A stretch of 64,000 nt of DNA from Candidatus Poribacteria bacterium (GCA_965218095.1 OZ244587.1:3520001-3584000); one strand, 5' to 3'. Shown: positions 51,326-62,780, counted from the first letter of the stretch. Numbers and translations: made by a program. Notes: generated from the sequence alone by a model not told the origin.

Positions 51326-52156
51326 CTGGCAGGCTTAAACCATGTGCGTACACGGTTGCACCCCATCCCTCAAGGCAGACGGGTTGGTGGCAGTCCTGAG
51401 CACATCCAGACAATCGCTCGCGATGAACTACAGCAGTTTTGGGAGGATTACTACAAGCCGAACAACGCGATTCTTGCCATTGCAGGCCGGTTTGACCTTG
51501 CCGAAGCGCGGAAATTGATTCACCAAAATTTCAGTCAAATTCCGCCCGGCACGTCGCCACCCACAAAGCCACCCACAAAGCCACCCAAGTCTGAAGCGAA
51601 GACCGGCACGACCCAGCGTGTCAATGTAAAGCCTGTGATGCACAATGCGACCGGCGTCGCGGCGATCGGATATGCTGCCCCACTGCCCGGGAGCAAGGAG
51701 TACACGCCGTTTCTGATAGTCGTCTCGCGTTTGTGGGCACACACACAAAATCTCTTTCAGCCGGGCAAAGTTCTGCCTGTGTACTACCTGCCGCTGGACG
51801 ATCCGGCGACAATTGTACTCCAGACCGATCTGCTAGCTAACGCAGACACCGAGTCTGCGCTGGACCAACTCAACCAACCCCTGCATGCGGCATTGACACG
51901 GAAACTCACACCGCAGGATAGACAGCGAACGCTCGACTTAATGACAATGTTGTTAGGCACTGTACCGGATGCCATGTGGATGCAAAATTTGTACGGTTTA
52001 GCTTTCAGCACTGGCCGTCGGCATCAACTGAAGCTCGATGGTAATGAGTTGCGTGCTGCTATCCAGCGCGTCACCGATGCAGACATGCAGCATTTGGCGA
52101 CGAGTATATTCGCTTCAGAAAAACGCAGCACCGTCATTGTTGAGTTGGAAAAGTAG
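51317..52156 (+). pseudogene. M16 (insulinase) peptidase C-terminal portion
   Basis: G..E.I..I..DELQQFWEDYYKPNNAILAIAG; no N-terminal HxxEH domain. Confidence 0.65.
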
Positions 52157-52313
52157 AGTCATGTCAGGCGAGTTTTGACATCCAATTCCTGCTCGGCTCG
52201 AATTGCCAAATCCAGACCAAGCGGGTAGCAGTCGGCTTTCAGTTTCCAGAATCCAAAGTGCGTAAGTCCTAAAAATCTTAATTTTTCCTGATGCTGACTT
52301 TACGTTTCGCGTT

Positions 52314-53492
52314 TCATCTGTGTTCTGTATCTGCAACGTCGGGAACAAGCCGTCCATACTGTTTCATAACTGCCTGCAATCGATCCAAAGGAATTGCGTG
52401 AATCGTGCGCCCACCTCTGCCAACGGTCGTCACCCCTGCTGTTATGGAGTTAATGATCGCCTCCTCCGTCGCTTCAATAACGGCCTGGTAGAGGGCATCC
52501 ATCCGATGATTGGCAAGCATCGTGACGGAAAATGTCCCATCTGTTGTCCGACGAGGAATCGTGTTGGCTGTCGAAAAAGCGATTACGAATTCGCCGCTGC
52601 TAACGGTACTTGGTGTGCCGGTGTGGGCAAGTCCATGTGTTGCACGTTTGGCGAGTTGCATCAGTTGACGATGCACCAGAGGCGCGTCCGTCGCGACGAC
52701 GATGATAAACGAACCGTCTCGACCCTGCTCCGACGTGAGCGCTGTAATTTCTCTGCCGACAGGCGCCCCATCAATCCGCAGTTGATGGCGGCGCCCCCCG
52801 TTGGAATTGACGAGCACACCCACCGTGTATCTCCCTTGATCTGCAGGTAACACCCGCGACGCCGTGCCGATGCCAGCCTTGAACCCATAGCACCGCATCC
52901 CCGTGCCTGCCCCAACACATCCCTCCGCAACAGGGCCATCAGTCGTTTTTTCAATCGCTTCAATTGCGTGCTCTGCGGTGACATGAAGCCCGCTGATGTC
53001 GTTGAGTCCACCATCATAGCACTCTGCAACGATTGGCAGAATGACGTGGTCATCCGGATAGCGTTTGATCATGTACCGCACAACCCCATCATGGACGGCT
53101 CCAACGCTGAGTGTATTCGTCAGCATAATCGGGGACTCGATCCATCCGGCTTCGTTAGCCCATGTGAGCCCTGTCACCTCGCCATTGCCATTAATAGTAT
53201 AGCCCGCCCCAAACAGCTTATGCGTCCAAATATCGTCACGCGGAATAACGGCGGTGACGCCTGTCCGCACACTATCACCGTAGTTCAGCGTGATATGACC
53301 GACCTTTACTCCAGCGACATCGGTAATCGCATTGTTCTTGCCGGGTTCGTAGATGCCGATTTGTATTCCAAGCTCTCGCGCCCGTGCCCTGCCTTCAGGG
53401 ACCGCAGCATTCTCGTCAGCAGTTCCACTGGCCGGGGTGAGGATTAAGCAGATGAGTAAGCGTAAACATAATTCGTTTTTCCGTTTTCTCAT
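52314..53492 (-). CDS. DmpA/P1-family aminopeptidase
   Basis: NAITDVAGVKVGH, TGVTAV, VAECYDG, GAGTGM, KAGIGTAS, DGS cleavage site. Confidence 0.9.
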   Translation of the reverse strand: MRKRKNELCLRLLICLILTPASGTADENAAVPEGRARARELGIQIGIYEPGKNNAITDVAGVKVGHITLNYGDSVRTGVTAVIPRDDIWTHKLFGAGYTINGNGEVTGLTWANEAGWIESPIMLTNTLSVGAVHDGVVRYMIKRYPDDHVILPIVAECYDGGLNDISGLHVTAEHAIEAIEKTTDGPVAEGCVGAGTGMRCYGFKAGIGTASRVLPADQGRYTVGVLVNSNGGRRHQLRIDGAPVGREITALTSEQGRDGSFIIVVATDAPLVHRQLMQLAKRATHGLAHTGTPSTVSSGEFVIAFSTANTIPRRTTDGTFSVTMLANHRMDALYQAVIEATEEAIINSITAGVTTVGRGGRTIHAIPLDRLQAVMKQYGRLVPDVADTEHR

Positions 53493-53690
53493 GTCTACAC
53501 GCCCTCGGATCGCCGAACAAGTATCAGCCATCATGTTGATTATACCGCCATAGGTCATAGCTTACACGACGATGACTTTGCATCCCCGATAAATCGGGGT
53601 CTGGGACTCTCGCCCTGACAGATCGGGATAAACTGCGCGGAGATGCGAATGCCGAAAGCGTCATTTATGCCCTTTCGCAGTATAAATACA

Positions 53691-53830
53691 CAGGACCTAC
53701 GCAATTGCATAAGTTGATTAACCCACAATCTCTTGTGTCCCCTGTATCTTGAATCTTGCATCAGATTCAGGAGTCATGATTCAAGATTCTGTAAAACTGC
53801 ATGTTCTGCATATCAACTGCGTAAGTCCTA
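53691..53830. mobile_element. 140-bp MITE with IS701-like TIRs
   Basis: CAGGACCTACGCA…TGCGTAAGTCCTA, with internal GAATCTTG/CAAGATTC palindrome. Confidence 0.6.
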
Positions 53831-53854
53831 AATACTAAAGTTTGAACTATCATT

Positions 53855-54904
53855 ACGACTTGTGCTAGTTAAAAGGCAAAGGAAGTGCTATCCTTTGAGA
53901 GAAGTTACTTATCTCGAATGAAAGAGAGGAAGCATTTCAATGGAGTTATGTCAAAAGCGGAGTGCCGCTTTCGCACAAGAAGGAATCACGTCGCTGAATC
54001 TCGAAGACTTGCTGAGTGTGAGTTTCATTGTTATTGATGATTTGTATGAACACCATTTCCCCGATGGAATGCCCCATCGGGGTGTCCCCAATAGCAACCT
54101 AGCCGACAGTGAAGTAATAACCATCGCTTGGGTCGGTGAGATGGTTAGCATTGATAGTCAACGGGTTGGTATAACCTTGTCAAAAAGGAGTTCTGCCATC
54201 TATTTCCGCATTTACCTGAGTGAACTCGATTTAATCGTCGGCGTCGTAATCTGTCGGGAGTAAGTGGAAAACTTAGACAAGCACTCAACGATGAACTTCC
54301 GTTAAACGACATCTTCATTGTTGATAGCTTGCCTGTCCCCCTCCGTGACTTTAAGCGTGCGCATTCTTCCACATCGCCTCTCAAGTGTCAGGACCTACGG
54401 GTATTGTGAAACTAAAAGATTGGGTACATTCTTAGGATTTCGCGTTCATCTAATCATCAAGGCGTACCCCTCGCTTTTTCCGTACCCAATGCCAATGTTG
54501 ATGAGCGGGAGGTACTTTCGACGATGTGTGAAACAGGCGATTATCCCCTGATAATTGGAGACAAAGGTTACATTTCAGACCCATTGAGTGAGATGCTCCT
54601 TGAGTTGGATGGGATTCGCTTATTCGCTATCAAGCGTGAGAATCAGAAGTCACAACATACGCCACAACTCCGGCGGAATCTCAATTGGATTCGGAGATGA
54701 ATTGAAACTACCATCAATCAACTCAATGACCAGTTTCATCTCTGTCGAATCAGAGCGCGTTATCATTGGGACATGTTGACCCGAATTATTGATAAGCTAG
54801 CAGGGTTCAGCTTAGCAGTTTTGCTCAACCGCAGTCTAGGACGACCGCTTATGGAAATCAAAGACTTAGTTTTCGCATAGCCTATATCAACTAGCACAAG
54901 TCGT
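53855..54904 (+). mobile_element. IS982-family element with a degenerate transposase
   Basis: Perfect 16-bp TIR ACGACTTGTGCTAGTT/AACTAGCACAAGTCGT; LADSEVIT, IVDSLPV, GDKGY, R..IET fragments in shifting frames. Confidence 0.85.
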
Positions 54905-55209
54905 CAGTGTACTAAAGTGTCTAAAGTGAGAAGAGACTTTGCTTGGAGCCATCTGCGGTATCGATGGTAACAGATTGGTCAGACAAATCCCCAAAATCAG
55001 ACCCCTGCATTCCTCCGACAATTGGGGAGAATTTTGTGTGAGTCGAGAGATTTTATGAACTCTGATTAAAATCCACAACTCTTGCTATTACTGATTTTGG
55101 TGAGGGTAAAATTGTCCAAAGCTTAGGATAATAGCAAAAGCCAAAATAATCCCGAATATTATCATGCCAATTTCCCCGATAATTAATCGAGGGTGGTTCA
55201 TAATTAAAT

Positions 55210-56206
55210 TTAACGAAATAGAATAATGATGTGGGTCACATTTCTCAAAGGTAACCTCCAGATGGAATTCATCAACATCGCCAGTTGCAGCAGCATCACA
55301 CCTAGTACCAAAAAGGTGACCCCATTCGCTTTGCCACTGACCGGCAGTTGCTTGTGGTTACTGGGTGTCGATAACAGCATCTTCAGCAAATCAAATATTG
55401 GCTCGATAGCCACCTAGCGTTGGCTCTGGTAGGCTTGCAACTCAGGTAGATTGAGATATTCAACGTAACGACTCCCTTTGTCACCGATTGCCCCAATCAC
55501 CGGGGTGATTAGCAACACCCCCGCTTGTGCCAATGCCTCGGTTCGCCTCAAGTCGGTGTACCCGGCATCGGCAACCAGATACCTGATATTCCGTTGAAGA
55601 AGTAGCACCGTTGTTTGGTCGAGAACTGCTTTTTCACTCACTGACGCCGTATCGGCTATACCCATTATTGGAAATCCGTATGCGGTCACGGTGGTATGAA
55701 GTCCATAGCCGTAAACCCACCCGTGATACCCGCTCTTAGACCACGTGGCATCTCGGTCGAGATTTCTCACCCTCTCTGGCACTCGGTTTTGTTCTCGGTC
55801 TTTGTGGTGCCAAACAGGCCCTTTTAAACAAGTTCTTATCTTGATAAACCACTTCTCGGCTAAAGTCGTTCCCCAGAGGCGTCGCCCAATCCCCAAGGAA
55901 AGTGATAAATTCGGCGAGTTTGGGGGAAAGGGCTTTGTATCGCCGCAAAAGGGTCATCCGAGACGGGATTTTTTTGAGCTTGAGTGTGCAAAGCGCCAGC
56001 GGGTGGGCAATAAGCCACCGGTGTTGGACTCGAAATTCATTAAGTCCCTTGAGCGTCATGATGGCAAAAAAGACAATCAATGAGGCATCGGTATAGGCTT
56101 TGGAGCGCCCGGGCTTGTTGGGTTGCTTCGAGTCGGTTGCCACCTCAAAATCTTGTAGCCTTTGAAACAGAAATTGGATATAATCTGATTCGTCAGGATA
56201 ACACAT
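55210..56206 (-). mobile_element. DDE transposase pseudogene (IS4/IS5-like)
   Basis: DRDATW.KS.YHGWVYGYGLH, LVADAGY, IEPIF; broken by a frameshift and a stop. Confidence 0.75.
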
Positions 56207-56716
56207 GTTAATCTCCTTTGATTTAGATTAGACTCTATCAAAGGATAACCGTTATCCTGACTCAATTGCAATTATGTTCCACCCTCAATTAATTCATGCA
56301 CCTCCATTGGTACTTCTCCTTTCTCATGTCTCATGCCGCCCGGCTCTCCCGCAATTCGTGTGAAAACTGTCCAGATTGGATTTCAACCACGAAGACACAG
56401 AAGAATATCTGCATTATAGCACGTCTGCCTGAAAAACAGAAGAAAAAAGATGCCAGAGTGGAGATAGACCAGATTCTCGTTTTCATCGTATCTCCTTGCA
56501 GGCTAAATAATCCCACGCAAATTCTTTTCACTTTCAACAATCTGCCAAGCCCCGATGGATTGGGATTCAAAGCAACCTACGCTCGATGCAATCGGGGTGA
56601 CACGAGGGGGCGAGCCAGTGCGATTGAGTCCGACGACTTAATCGAGCCACCGCACCATTTGTCGGCGATTGTTAAGAAACTACCCGCAATTTTGTTCTCG
56701 ACCAAAGTGTCTGTAC

Positions 56717-57000
56717 TTACCAACCGCATGTTCTGCTTGTTCTTGTCAATACGTTGTGCAGATACTCAACAACGACGGCACCCATCATAATGTTCATACC
56801 TTCTGCACGAAAAATCCGCTGGTGAATCTCCTGCACCCGCAATCGAAAAAGAAACTGATGATGCGCTTCGCGGCGCCGGAACGGGTTTCGGTTCGATGCG
56901 ATATCCATGGCTGGATGCACAGTTGGATTATCGCCGTTGATCACCCTTACCATGCGGTGACGAATACAGAGGGGGAATTCACCACCATCGGGGTCCCAAC
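56717..57000 (+). pseudogene. Cupredoxin-like/carboxypeptidase-regulatory-domain fragment
   Basis: HNVH…RCDIHGWMHSWI..VDHPYHAVT. Confidence 0.55.
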
Positions 57001-57384
57001 ACTATCCGTGCCACTAGAAACTGTCAAAGTTGGAGGTATACACAGAAATGCCAAGACCATGCGCTCGACCGCCCAACAGCATTCGCAAACGAATGGCAAT
57101 TCGTGAAATTGATCATGGGAGCGAACGCGCCGTACGAACATATCGCCATGGATGGAGATGATGACACGCACCCCATGCTTTGTCCGGAGTGTGGTGAAAG
57201 GCTAACCGCCATTACCGAAAACACTACAATGTGTTTGAAATGCGCAGCAATCACAGAATGATTGGAGACGTAATTTCAGATCCAATTTGGAGCGAGCCCG
57301 AAAACTACGCTACCCCTCACACGAGAGAACCACCAAGCATGAAACTCGCTATAGTCCTATCGCTTTATCAATCTCGCAACGCGA

Positions 57385-58530
57385 TCAACGCAAGCTTTGC
57401 CGATACACACACCCACCCTTGACAACTGTGATGGGTACAAGGTTCTGCTTGCCGATACGCGCTTCACCATGCGAATCCACGAGTTGGAATTCACCTTCGT
57501 GGAGTTCGGAGATAATCGCATCTCCCCAGGCACCAGCAGCTAGCGTGCCAATTTTGTCCGGCATCAGAATCACCTGCGCGGGGACGGCGGTGACCTTCGC
57601 AATCGCATCGTCCAGCGACATGCCGAGATGAAGGAACTTGGTCACGACGTTTGCCAGGTCGTAGACGGGACCGTTGACGTTGTAAATGTGCAGGTCTGAT
57701 GAAATGGTTTGCGGTGCGACGCCTTGCGCCATCGCACGTTCAACGATATTCCAGGAAAACGACCCGGCGCCGTGTCCAACATCGAAGATGACGCCGCGCT
57801 CCATCGCTTCATGTACGGACTTGCGCACCTTCCCGTCGTCGTCCAAGATGCCACATGCACTTGCATGGAAACAGTGTGTCATGATGTCACGCTCACTCAT
57901 GACGGCCAAGATGTCGTCGATCGAATCGCACCAGGCGCTTTGTGGGTGTACCATGATGGGTAAGCCTGCCGCATCAGCTGCTTCACGCGCGTGGTGCAGC
58001 GGGATCATCCCCGATCGCTCGCTGACAATACTGTGCTTCGTCAGCCGCACCTTCACCCCCAAAATCACATCGCGGTGCTTTTCAATCATCTGGCACGCCT
58101 TGCTCACATCGGCGTATTCGGGCATTTCAAACTCGCCAATCTCCTGGGTCAGCATCCCCTGCGACGAGATGTTGAGTTGCGCCAGGATGCGCGTTTCACT
58201 GACGTCAATCACGTACTTCCGAAAGCCCGGAAAAATGTCCGCGCCCGCCGACCCTGCATCAACCACCGTCGTCGCACCCTTTGCCAAGCAGGTGGGGTCG
58301 GGTTCGATACCGTAATGACCGACACCGTAGAACACATGAACGTGCAAATCAATCATGCCTGGCGTGACAAGGCATCCAGTAGCGTCCAATACCGCGCGTG
58401 CGTCCGTCTTCGGCAAATCGTTACCAACTTCGGCGACAACACCGTCTGTGAATGCCACGTCTTTGTTTGCGTGGATACTTTGTGCGGGGTCAATCAGTGT
58501 CCCACCTTTGATCAGCAGATCGTAAGCCAT
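57385..58530 (-). CDS. Amidohydrolase/deacetylase (dihydroorotase-like) metallohydrolase
   Basis: PGMIDLHVH, VDAGSAG, GVKVR, THCF, DVGHG.GSF, ISSDLH. Confidence 0.9.
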   Translation of the reverse strand: MAYDLLIKGGTLIDPAQSIHANKDVAFTDGVVAEVGNDLPKTDARAVLDATGCLVTPGMIDLHVHVFYGVGHYGIEPDPTCLAKGATTVVDAGSAGADIFPGFRKYVIDVSETRILAQLNISSQGMLTQEIGEFEMPEYADVSKACQMIEKHRDVILGVKVRLTKHSIVSERSGMIPLHHAREAADAAGLPIMVHPQSAWCDSIDDILAVMSERDIMTHCFHASACGILDDDGKVRKSVHEAMERGVIFDVGHGAGSFSWNIVERAMAQGVAPQTISSDLHIYNVNGPVYDLANVVTKFLHLGMSLDDAIAKVTAVPAQVILMPDKIGTLAAGAWGDAIISELHEGEFQLVDSHGEARIGKQNLVPITVVKGGCVYRQSLR

Positions 58531-58599
58531 GTTGTAACCTCCAATATTCGTTAACCTTCCGCAGGTGCTGAACCTTCGAAAGGTTTGGAAATCAAAAGA

Positions 58600-59670
58600 C
58601 AGGGCGTACCTGTGTATAAATTCAAACTGTGTGGTACGGGAACAAACTCGTCACGTTTGAGCACACGCCAATGCGTTTGTCCAAACTGTGTGTTACGCAT
58701 AAATTTGCGAATTCCCTCTGCGATGTCGGCGTACTGTTCCGGCGTTTCGTCCGCTAGAACTTCATCTCCTATTGACGCCTACACACAGAGATGAACATGC
58801 GGAGTACCCGCATGATATGCTGTAAACGTCAGCCCCTGCGATGCAAGTGCTTTCCCCACTTCGGTTGCCACTTCAGAGGCGACAGCTTCCTGAGCATGTC
58901 CATCCACCGCTACCACCAGATTGTACCCGACTGGAAACCGTGATGTCCAGCTCATATTGAGCAACAGATATCAGGAACGCAGGATATTCGTATGCGCCCA
59001 GTAACTTATGGTGAAAGACGGCCAATGGGTATATGTCTTCAGGGCGTTGCAGTTGAAACTGGGCCCAGAACCGAAGTCGTCTCGTCTTGGATGTCTGAAA
59101 GATCCGCTGTTGCACTTCGCTTTTGGCCATGTCTTCCGCTGTGCGAAGTTTCGACAGGGATTCCTTGAGCCCATCGCGCTCCAAGAACGATTCACACCAT
59201 ATCCACTTCTCTTGCGCGGTCGTTAGCATCCCCTGGTAATCTTCCGCGCCAACCAACGGCTCGGTTGTCCGTGACACGGCGACCGGAGGTTTCTCACCTG
59301 TTGGCGTCGGCTTCCGCCCGGTGCCGCGCTTCCTGGCCTCCCGCTCCGCGCGTCTCTTCGCCTGCTCTCGTCGTTCAGCGGTTTCCTCCTTGAGCATGAT
59401 GTGATAGCGCCGCGATGTGAATTCCAGAAACTCGCGCATTCGATTGGGTGCATCCTCTGAGGGCGGCCTCCACTAATCATCAAGTACCTGAACCCGGTGG
59501 ACTTCCGCATCTCTCCACGAGAATTGTTCAAATGCGTCCATCTCCATCGGCACGCTGACCCGTCCCGTACGCTCATTCAGCGAATATGGAAGGCGCAAGA
59601 AATAGGTGCTCTGGAGGAAGTACCGATCCAGTCTGTCGGAATGCTTCACAATTTTCTGCACGTAATCCAT
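58600..59670 (-). pseudogene. Fragmented gene with an AEP/primase-like motif
   Basis: LRLPYSLNERTGRVSVP, then several frameshifted ORF pieces. Confidence 0.4.
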
Positions 59671-59749
59671 TAACTGTCCCCGGACATTGCCGGGGGCGTT
59701 GAACTGTTTCCGTAGAACTCATTGCGGGTAGTTTCTTGGCAGTCTAATA

Positions 59750-59809
59750 GAGCGCAGCGAAGAATCTCCTCGTTAAGGTGCTAGAGATCCTTCACTTCGT
59801 TGAGGATGA
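59750..59809. repeat. REP-like imperfect palindrome (GAGCGCAGCGAAGAATCT…AGATCCTTCACTTCGTTGAGGATGA)
   Basis: Complementary arms visible; the 5' arm is truncated. Confidence 0.5.
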
Positions 59810-59883
59810 TGGGAGAAGAGCGCGTCTTACTTGCTATAAGTTCTATTATATAGTTGAGGGTTCTTGAGAAACAAGTTTTTCCA

Positions 59884-59912
59884 TTGCAAGGTTTGGTGAG
59901 GTATGCTATAAT
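59884..59912 (+). promoter_or_regulatory. Sigma70 promoter with extended -10
   Basis: TTGCAA-N17-TATAAT, with TGn immediately before the -10 box. Confidence 0.65.
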
Positions 59913-59939
59913 GTGGCAGTTATTGGTCAACCTGAGAGT

Positions 59940-59969
59940 AGCCGCTTGAGTTGTCTTGAGCGGCTTTTA
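59940..59969 (+). terminator. Intrinsic terminator-like hairpin just downstream of the promoter
   Basis: AGCCGCTTGAG-TTGT-CTTGAGCGGCT followed by TTT. Confidence 0.55.
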
Positions 59970-60202
59970 TTATAATAGCCTTTGACGGGAATTACGACAC
60001 AGGAGTTACGCACGGTTTGATGTTCCCTCGCTATGACTAAATTTCGCACTCAATTTCGGTCATAGTCAGTATTTGCCGTGATTTCGTAATTCCGATAGTG
60101 GATTCTCATCTGGTTACGGAGGAAATGCCTTACCTCCTTTGAATTTCAGGTCTGTCAAGGATGCCAGCAAATTGGTAACCGACTTAAATACAGGGAAGAA
60201 GA

Positions 60203-60808
60203 ATGAATTTGCAAGATATTTCCCTAGGGCGCCATGCACCTTCAATTATCAACGTTGTCATTGAGGCGCCAAAGGGTAGTAAGAAGAAATACCGTTACCA
60301 TGCGAAAAGTGGTAGATTTCGGTTAGCCTATGAGTTCAGTATGCCAGTGCCAACAGAATATGGCTGGATTCCGGAAACAACCGCTGAAGATGGACATTTC
60401 CTGAATGCGATGGTGATTGCTCGTAATTCGAGTCACCCCGGCTACGTCTGTGAGGCGCGCCCCATCGGCATACTGAAACGTAAAGACAGAGATCATCACG
60501 TCATCTGTGTTTTATTGGGCGATGAGCGCTACGCCTCTGTTAAGGATATTTCTGATCTGGACGTTAAGTTGCTCAAAAAAATCGTGCAGTTTTTTGAACC
60601 CTACTTTGAATTATCCGGTTGGCTCAATCACACCGAGACTGTTGAGGTGATTACAGGCGCACACGAAAAATACATTGCTAAACGTAAGCCCCATGACGCT
60701 GAAGATTTTGATGAAAACCTTGAAGAAGCTAACGAGGTAGAGGAGAACTCTGAGTGGGACGACGAGTATGATCAAGGGGAGGAGGAAGATGCCAATTCCA
60801 ACAATTGA
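60203..60808 (+). CDS. ppa: Family I inorganic pyrophosphatase-like protein with acidic tail
   Basis: VVIEAPKGS..KY, YGWIPET..EDG, ARPIG, FFEPY; several catalytic Asp positions diverged. Confidence 0.7.
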   Translation: MNLQDISLGRHAPSIINVVIEAPKGSKKKYRYHAKSGRFRLAYEFSMPVPTEYGWIPETTAEDGHFLNAMVIARNSSHPGYVCEARPIGILKRKDRDHHVICVLLGDERYASVKDISDLDVKLLKKIVQFFEPYFELSGWLNHTETVEVITGAHEKYIAKRKPHDAEDFDENLEEANEVEENSEWDDEYDQGEEEDANSNN

Positions 60809-61895
60809 GTGGGTTGATGGCAGAGTCCACTTGATTGATCAAACCCTGCTGCCGAATGAATTCGAGCGGATCTATTGCGACGATGTGGAGAGCGTCTGGG
60901 AGGCGATTAAATCGCTTCGCGTGCGCGGCGCACCGGCGATTGGGATTGCGGGCGCATTGGGCGCGGTGCTTGGGATATGGAAGTCAAAGGCGACAAACTA
61001 CCCTGATTTTGCGGCTGAACTCAAAAAGGTTACGGATTACCTCGCAACCTCGCGTCCGACAGCGGTGAATCTCTTCTGGGCTTTGGATCGCATCAAGAAA
61101 GCAGCGGAGAAGCACAAAGATTTCGAGATTCCGCAGCTCAAGCAGGCACTACTTGATGAAGCGCAAAAAATCATTGAGGAAGATCGGGCGATGTGTCGCG
61201 CCATCGGTCAACACGGATTAGGACTCATTCGTAACGGCGACGCCATTTTGACGCATTGCAATGCCGGGGGACTCGCAACCTCCGACTACGGTACGGCGCT
61301 GGCGGTTATGTTCACCGCACACGAGGCGGGCAAGCATATCAGCGTTTTCGTCGATGAAACACGCCCGCTGTTGCAGGGCGCGCGGTTGACGGCCTGGGAG
61401 CTCATGCAGGCGGGGATTGATGTGACGCTGATCTGTGATAATATGGCAGCCCAGGTGATGAAAGAGGAGAAGATTCAGTGCGTCATTGTCGGGGCCGATC
61501 GGATTGCCGCAAATGGCGACACAGCGAACAAGATTGGAACCTATAACGTGGCAATCCTGGCAAAGGAACACGGGATTCCTTTCTATGTTGCTGCGCCGAC
61601 TTCGACGCTCGACCTCTCCCTTGAAACGGGCGATTTGATCCCAATTGAGCAACGTGGTGCCGAGGAAGTTACGGAAGGCTTCGGCAGCAGGACGGCGCCT
61701 GAAGGAGTCAAAGTTTACAGCCCCGCCTTTGATGTGACCCCCGCCCGGCTCATCACCGCAATCGTAACTGAGAAGATGATCGCTCGGCACCCTTTTGAAA
61801 TTAGCTTAAAGACGTTGGCGAATTGTGGAAAAAACGACGACAGGAGAATCATAACATGCCAGCAATTAGAATCGCCACCGAAGACAAAGATTTAG
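60789..61895 (+). CDS. mtnA: Methylthioribose-1-phosphate isomerase
   Basis: VRGAPAIG, SRPTAVNL, LTHCNAG.LAT, DETRPLLQGARLT, GADRIAANGDTANKIG. Confidence 0.95.
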   Translation: MPIPTIEWVDGRVHLIDQTLLPNEFERIYCDDVESVWEAIKSLRVRGAPAIGIAGALGAVLGIWKSKATNYPDFAAELKKVTDYLATSRPTAVNLFWALDRIKKAAEKHKDFEIPQLKQALLDEAQKIIEEDRAMCRAIGQHGLGLIRNGDAILTHCNAGGLATSDYGTALAVMFTAHEAGKHISVFVDETRPLLQGARLTAWELMQAGIDVTLICDNMAAQVMKEEKIQCVIVGADRIAANGDTANKIGTYNVAILAKEHGIPFYVAAPTSTLDLSLETGDLIPIEQRGAEEVTEGFGSRTAPEGVKVYSPAFDVTPARLITAIVTEKMIARHPFEISLKTLANCGKNDDRRIITCQQLESPPKTKI

Positions 61896-61925
61896 CACAA
61901 AAGGCTTTCCGTCGCACCTCGGCGG

Positions 61926-62694
61926 TCACTTGCGGTTCAATCTGCTTAATCTCCTTGAGCAATTTAAGCTCGCGAGCCCAAACTTTTCGTCTCCCCATGC
62001 CTGTGCCTGGTTGAGCGACGCATCGTCGAGGTCACGCAAAGGCAGCGTGAGTGTATTATTTGCACACTCCAAAGTGACCTCCTCCGTATAATCCGTTCGC
62101 GCCAGCACTTTGATGGCTTCTGCCCTAACTAACATGCCAGCCCGGCCCGCGTGCTCACCGGATTCTCGTCCCCGATCCCCTCAGATTATCAACTTGGGTG
62201 ACGTCACCCGATGCGCCGGCCCCGAAGACGATGACTGCATGATCAGCTCTCATCGCCCGCCGGACGGTTTGTCTCAGATAGTAGATGTAGTCACCGGAAA
62301 AGCCGCTGCCACCGACGCCGAGTGTGGCATGACAACCGTAGTTGACCCAGCAGCCGAGAAATTCACACGATTGATTAACAACGCCGATAACTCCAACCAT
62401 TGGGTCGATAGGTCCTGCGACCCGAGCTATGTCAGGATTGCATTTGCCCGGATGGGTGCGCTCCGATCCATGTTATCGACCGCTTGACCGACAGGGCATT
62501 GATCCCTGCAAGAACAAGCTGAGTATTGCCGTCGTCCAGCACCATTGCATTCGCCAGGAGATCATCATGTATGCCCTGGGACAAGCGTTTGTTAATACCA
62601 CCAGGCATTTCCGTCCTGATTTCTGGCGAATTATACACTGACCAAATCCTGCCTCAGTTATTTTGAACTTTCCTTTGGGTTTAAGGTTTAACAT
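61926..62694 (-). pseudogene. Fragmented neutral-ceramidase-like hydrolase
   Basis: IHDDLLANAMVL, NYGCHAT…FSGDY, GASGDV in different frames. Confidence 0.55.
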
Positions 62695-62780
62695 TTTTGA
62701 CTTTATTTTCCTTCAATTTTACAGTACGGTGTATTATCATTGGTGAAGGATGTCAATTGAATTTCTCAGATTGGAGGAAT

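Noticed and set aside
43713-58554. Long opposite-strand ORFs over AKR, DmpA, amidohydrolase and similar genes
   Set aside because: GC-rich antisense shadows of well-supported genes.
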